10,804 bases of DNA from Pseudomonadota bacterium (GTDB lineage Bacteria > Bdellovibrionota_B > Oligoflexia > Oligoflexales > CAIMVM01), in contig JBAXBA010000108.1 of NCBI GenBank assembly GCA_037142195.1, positions 1 through 10,804 of the forward strand. Reading direction: 5' to 3'. Numbering within the stretch: position 1 is the first letter of the stretch; each line of letters begins with the position of its first letter. The position numbers and the translations under genes were made by a program. The notes under the pieces are model-generated. The model worked only from the letters and a program-made list of their open reading frames with translations. It was not told the DNA's origin and searched no databases. This document shows, piece by piece, positions 6,876-10,804 of this stretch.

Positions 6876-8933
6876 TTGACGCGTCGAAGGGCAATTTTTA
6901 CGCCACTGCATGAAGTCGTTCTCATAGGAGCAGACCTTACTCACTTAGAAGTAATCAGAAGATTCCAAAAACTAACCATAAAGCCGTTTCGGCTTACACT
7001 ATTTCATTCCAAATCCTCAACACTACTATTTGGTAGTATGCCCTATGGGTTTTCAAGCGACTCAGTTCGAGACGATCTCACTATAGATTTAGGGCACCTA
7101 TGTCTAAGCGCGGGTGTGGAATTTATTGAAGAACCCATCATCACTTTTCAAATTGGTCCGCAAGAATTGACCACCGAAAATTTCACCAAGTACTTTGACC
7201 TTGCTAGTATTTCTCCCGAATCTGGGTTTGAAAGTCTAGAATTGCTAAAAGCGATAGATTCCATGATTCGCACAAAGCCTTCAGCACTTACCCTAATTGG
7301 GGAAAGCCTCGTAGCTTTGGAACTCGCGACCATGATAAAGAATAAAATGAGTAGTAACTGTAAGGTTGTGCTTGCAACAAGCAAATCGAAGTGGCCGCAA
7401 GAATCCCTGACTGCTCTAGAAAAGAAAATATCCGCAGCTGGCCTATTGACTTCGACGGAGCCTCCCAAGGATGCAAATTTAACATTGAATCTAGAGCCCA
7501 CGCCTCAGAAGTGGCTTCAAACATCGGATATAGAGTTGGGCCCTGATGGTTGGCCCCAGCAAAAAGCCGGGACAAGCTCCAAAGCAAACAGCATTATACT
7601 TCATTCCCATGACCATATGGGATTCCTCTATAAATGGAAGCCCCTACTTGAAGTATCGATTCACAAAGGCAAGGTCTTATTTGAGAATCTGGAGAATCAT
7701 TTTAGTGGTCAGCACCATAATAGCCTGGAACATGATAGTTGGGCGGGTCCCATTCTCGACCTAGCGGAACCAATTTGGCAGATAGGCACCAAGTTAGCTA
7801 GAATTCCAAAGTTGCCAGTTATGAGACATTCCGCTATGGCTCGACTGGCTAAAACGTTTCAAAAGAAGCCCGAGGCCTTTCGCATCCCGACATTTATGGA
7901 ATCAGGAATCATTTATGATCAACCCTGCGAAGGCACGGGGGCTAAAATATCATTCTTGGACAACCAGTTTACAGATGTAACGTTTCATCGCAATATAGAA
8001 CACATGGATGCCTCCGGCGTCACTCAACTACCTGGAAACCTTTTGTTAGTTCAATCCCTAGAGTATATTAGCCAGCTCCACATCGATTATTTTCGATATG
8101 GATCCATCGTAGCTCGCCACTGTATTAACCAACTAGAATCTCGAGGCGTCGTTCCACATTCATGTCAGATTGTTTTAACAATACCTTTTGGCACCAAAGG
8201 CATGATGTCTAAAGATCTCGAAGCGATGCAACGAGGCATCTATAAAGTTCTAAAAAAAGAAAAAATCTCTGTGCTTTCGAACTATTCGAGGTGCGCCAAT
8301 AAACCTGCTGCAGGGATTATGATACAAGGGTTTCACAATCTTTCCACGGATGGCGCTCTTTTTTCTACAAAACCGAAACATGGAAAGAAGAAAATTCTAC
8401 TAACCAAGAAGCTAGGCACTGGACTTCTTTTTGAAGCCCATAAACATTACTATTTGTCGACCCAAACCATGAATGAAATCATAAATGAAATGTTGTATTC
8501 CCAGATGGATGCTCTCAAAGTATTTAGAAAACACGGTGTTTCGCAAGTTTCCGGAATTGATGCCACAGGTACGCTTAAAAGATTAGAAGGCATGCTAGAT
8601 TCGACTCAATATGCAAATATTGAACTCATGAAAATACCAACATGGCATGGCCTATTCCCATCCATAGATCAAGGCGTTCGCACGGCATTGCACGCACAGA
8701 ATAGATCTTCCTATATGGATCAGTTTATGGCTCTTCAACATTCCTGCTTGCTGCGTGCAGAACTTTTGTTTGACCCGCAAACAGCTGGCGCCTGGATATC
8801 CCTGATCGAACCTGAACAGGCCGATGATATTATTGCAGACTTGCACTCCTGTGGATTGAAAGATGCGACCATTATAGGTGATGTTGACAGCACACCCAAA
8901 CGCTTTAAAATCACTCTTGTATCAGACCGTTAA
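6876..8933 (+). CDS. Degenerate FAD/NAD(P)-oxidoreductase / selenophosphate synthetase (SelD, PurM-like fold) fusion protein
   Basis: The N-terminal VVLIGADLTHLEVIRRF...LTIDLGHLCLSAGVEFI resembles the oxidoreductase domain of fused SelD proteins. The C-terminal half has PCEGTGAKI, ILLTKKLGTGLLF (core LLTKKLGTG at 8397-8423), LLFDPQTAG (DPQTAG at 8772-8789) and ATIIG in SelD order. Catalytic residues are substituted, so the selD symbol is withheld. Confidence 0.8.
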   Translation: MTRRRAIFTPLHEVVLIGADLTHLEVIRRFQKLTIKPFRLTLFHSKSSTLLFGSMPYGFSSDSVRDDLTIDLGHLCLSAGVEFIEEPIITFQIGPQELTTENFTKYFDLASISPESGFESLELLKAIDSMIRTKPSALTLIGESLVALELATMIKNKMSSNCKVVLATSKSKWPQESLTALEKKISAAGLLTSTEPPKDANLTLNLEPTPQKWLQTSDIELGPDGWPQQKAGTSSKANSIILHSHDHMGFLYKWKPLLEVSIHKGKVLFENLENHFSGQHHNSLEHDSWAGPILDLAEPIWQIGTKLARIPKLPVMRHSAMARLAKTFQKKPEAFRIPTFMESGIIYDQPCEGTGAKISFLDNQFTDVTFHRNIEHMDASGVTQLPGNLLLVQSLEYISQLHIDYFRYGSIVARHCINQLESRGVVPHSCQIVLTIPFGTKGMMSKDLEAMQRGIYKVLKKEKISVLSNYSRCANKPAAGIMIQGFHNLSTDGALFSTKPKHGKKKILLTKKLGTGLLFEAHKHYYLSTQTMNEIINEMLYSQMDALKVFRKHGVSQVSGIDATGTLKRLEGMLDSTQYANIELMKIPTWHGLFPSIDQGVRTALHAQNRSSYMDQFMALQHSCLLRAELLFDPQTAGAWISLIEPEQADDIIADLHSCGLKDATIIGDVDSTPKRFKITLVSDR

Positions 8934-9209
8934 ACGCATTTGAAAGCCGACTCTCTCTAGGTTTTGAGCTTCTGAAAGCTAGGCAAATCGCCCCTTAAAT
9001 AGAACATTTCTTTCGAACCGTAGCAGATCAAGGAAGCGCGTCGTTTTTTAAAAGCGAGAATAGCAACAACACGGCCTCTTGAAACGTTTGGGATATAGTG
9101 AAACAATCGCTTGGGATTCGCATTTTTCTCGATTGAAAACCTTGTTGACGTAAACATTGATTCATGTTTGACTAAATAAAATTCAATATTCGAAAATGAA
9201 GGAGCCCCT

Positions 9210-10439
9210 ATGCAACGGAGTCATTTATTTTGGCAAATAGTGGTTCGAACATTTTTCGGTATTCCAGGTTTAAGTTTAGCTTCCCACGCTTTTTCCATGG
9301 AATTGGAAATTCAAAAACCTACAAATGTTAATAAGCCAGGATTCCTATTCGCTCATGAAGACGGAAGCGATAGCGTTTTATTGGTTACCAGCTTTGCACC
9401 TTTTTCTAAGGATGCTATTTTCGAGATTAAGAATCAAAGCGCGGAAAGTCCCTCTGCAAGATCCATTTCTCTCGTCACTGACGCCATTACCTGGCCTAAC
9501 GAAGTTAAGGCGCTACCATCCTCGCTGGGGGCCAAAAACTGGGTTAGTGTAGCAGGCGGATTTTTAGTCCCGGGAAAAGGCCAAGGCAACATTTCCTTGT
9601 TGAATTTGGAGTCTGGTAAAGTTGTAAAGATAACCAATACACCTAACGTCTTCTACCACCGAGTGGAGTGGTACGACATGAATCATGATGGCCGGCTAGA
9701 CATAGTTACAGCTCGAGCCAATAAGCCCATGATAGGTGCAGCTACATCTGAAATGCTTTGGTTGGAGCAGCCAGAATCTTTATTTACCGGCGAATGGATC
9801 GAACATTCCATGATCAAAGGACCAGATGTTTACTTTAGAGGCTCAGATCTAGATCACGATGGAAATGTAGATTTTTTAGCCGCAGAATTTTTTGGAAAGA
9901 AACTGAGTTTTATCCATCAAGACCGAAACACCAAAGAGTGGAAAAGAGCAATTATTGATGACACCATTGGATCTGGCTTTGATCTATCATTTGTCGATCT
10001 CAACCTTGACGGAAAGACTGATGTTCTGCTTACAAATCACGAAAAAGATGCAGAAAAGGCAGCTGTGTTTGCCTATGAAATTCCAGACAACTTGGAAACC
10101 AAATGGAAACGTCACACACTGCTAGCCCACATCCCAACAACTCAAGGTGGGATTGGACAAGCCAGTCCGGGAGAGGCTATCGCATTTTCGCCATCTAAAG
10201 CTCTTGAATCTAGTAAGCCATGGATTGCTATCGCAGGCGATGGATCTCAAAAACTCTGGCTTCTTGAACCGGAATCTCAAGATTCTGATGATTGGAACTA
10301 TAAAGCTTCGACTCCACTGGAAACGAAATCAACCATTGGGCGGATAGAAATTACGGACTTTAATCACGACGGCTATAGAGAAATACATGTGCCAGCTTAT
10401 GATGACAATTTAGTATATACGCTGTATTTTCACGAATAG
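9210..10439 (+). CDS. Secreted FG-GAP/VCBS-repeat (probable beta-propeller, Ca2+-binding) protein
   Basis: SD AAGGAG at 9199-9204. Probable signal peptide ending ASHAFS. Four DxD/NxDGxxD/E loops: DMNHDGRLD (9675-9701), DLDHDGNVD (9846-9872), DLNLDGKTD (9996-10022) and DFNHDGYRE (10356-10382). Confidence 0.85.
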   Translation: MQRSHLFWQIVVRTFFGIPGLSLASHAFSMELEIQKPTNVNKPGFLFAHEDGSDSVLLVTSFAPFSKDAIFEIKNQSAESPSARSISLVTDAITWPNEVKALPSSLGAKNWVSVAGGFLVPGKGQGNISLLNLESGKVVKITNTPNVFYHRVEWYDMNHDGRLDIVTARANKPMIGAATSEMLWLEQPESLFTGEWIEHSMIKGPDVYFRGSDLDHDGNVDFLAAEFFGKKLSFIHQDRNTKEWKRAIIDDTIGSGFDLSFVDLNLDGKTDVLLTNHEKDAEKAAVFAYEIPDNLETKWKRHTLLAHIPTTQGGIGQASPGEAIAFSPSKALESSKPWIAIAGDGSQKLWLLEPESQDSDDWNYKASTPLETKSTIGRIEITDFNHDGYREIHVPAYDDNLVYTLYFHE

Positions 10440-10467
10440 ACCATAGTGAGTCTATTCACACCTTGAG

Positions 10468-10498
10468 CACTTGAGGCTTCCATGAGGAGCCTCAAGTG
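10468..10498. terminator. Strong stem-loop between convergent genes (probable terminator or 3'-end stabiliser)
   Basis: CACTTGAGGCTTC-CATGA-GGAGCCTCAAGTG: 13-bp stem on + (one G:U), 5-nt loop. No U-tract immediately adjacent on either strand. Confidence 0.6.
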
Positions 10499-10565
10499 AT
10501 AGCAATTTTAAAATGAGTGAAAAAACAAGAAATCACCGCGTTTATCCTTTGATGGCGCTTCGGCA

Positions 10566-10804
10566 CTAACTTCGACGAAGGTCCTTAGATTTTTCTGTGG
10601 CAGTTTGCACCGCATCAATGAGAATGGAGCGCAGACCTTTGGACTCTAAAGCATGAATGGCATGAATGGTCGTCCCTCCTGGGGTCGTCACTTGATCCTT
10701 TAACACCGCTGGATGGATTTCTGAAATTTTGACTAACGATGCTGCACCGAGCACTGTTTGCACGACCAAACTATGGGATACTGCGCGCGTAAGCCCCCTC
10801 TTCA
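10566..10804 (-). CDS. proC: Pyrroline-5-carboxylate reductase, C-terminal part (5' truncated by the window edge)
   Basis: The frame is open to the window end: KRGLTRAVSHSLVVQTVLGAASLV...HPAVLKDQVTTPGGTTIHAIHALE..GLRSILIDAV, which includes the ProC signature V(T/C)(S/T)PGGTT. Confidence 0.93.
   Translation of the reverse strand, partial: KRGLTRAVSHSLVVQTVLGAASLVKISEIHPAVLKDQVTTPGGTTIHAIHALESKGLRSILIDAVQTATEKSKDLRRS

Noticed and set aside
7926..7946. Selenocysteine (TGA) codon or SECIS in the SelD-like gene
   Set aside because: The catalytic-position codon is ACG and the ORF has no in-frame TGA, so no recoding is needed.
8978..9050. c-di-GMP-I riboswitch (GGCAAA seed)
   Set aside because: It lacks the GAAA-tetraloop stem and the GACGCAAAG-like segment.
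9078..9140. CRISPR-like TGAAAC / ATTGAAA ends
   Set aside because: No 25-40-nt conserved repeats with regular spacers, and no cas genes.
8957..9157. 66-aa - strand ORF in the intergenic region
   Set aside because: No convincing SD or recognisable motif, and it overlaps likely promoter elements. It cannot be strictly excluded.
1331..10347. Short antisense or alternate-frame ORFs (1331-1570, 1970-2164, 3444-3713, 3817-4023, 5086-5274, 5327-5545, 7148-7501, 7288-7587, 7546-7764, 8652-8846, 9325-9552, 9434-9637, 10147-10347)
   Set aside because: All are nested in well-supported longer genes and have no motifs, so they are treated as shadow ORFs.
10513..10569. 18-aa ORF MSEKTRNHRVYPLMALRH
   Set aside because: No SD, it lies downstream of the hairpin, and its length is expected by chance.

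Overview
Bacterial chromosomal window with mostly housekeeping genes plus a few accessory ones. The gene set loosely suggests a deltaproteobacteria-like or Bdellovibrionota/Oligoflexia genome (inference only). Left to right: a membrane-anchored hypothetical gene (-), divergent from a CHASE2-like/3TM class III adenylate cyclase that appears translationally coupled to an N-formylglutamate amidohydrolase-family gene (+); an accA-cmk pair (-); an IHF-beta/HU-family gene with a consensus IHF site upstream; an FmdB-type zinc-ribbon gene with an intrinsic terminator; a full-length oxidoreductase-SelD fusion; a secreted FG-GAP/VCBS-repeat protein; and the 3' part of proC (-). The most unusual element is the SelD fusion. 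Its ORF and expression signals are intact, but it appears to have lost the catalytic Cys/Sec, most metal-binding Asp residues and both Rossmann glycine motifs, so it may be a pseudoenzyme or a repurposed protein. I found no tRNA, rRNA, CRISPR array or mobile element. All motif alignments were made by eye against remembered consensus sequences.
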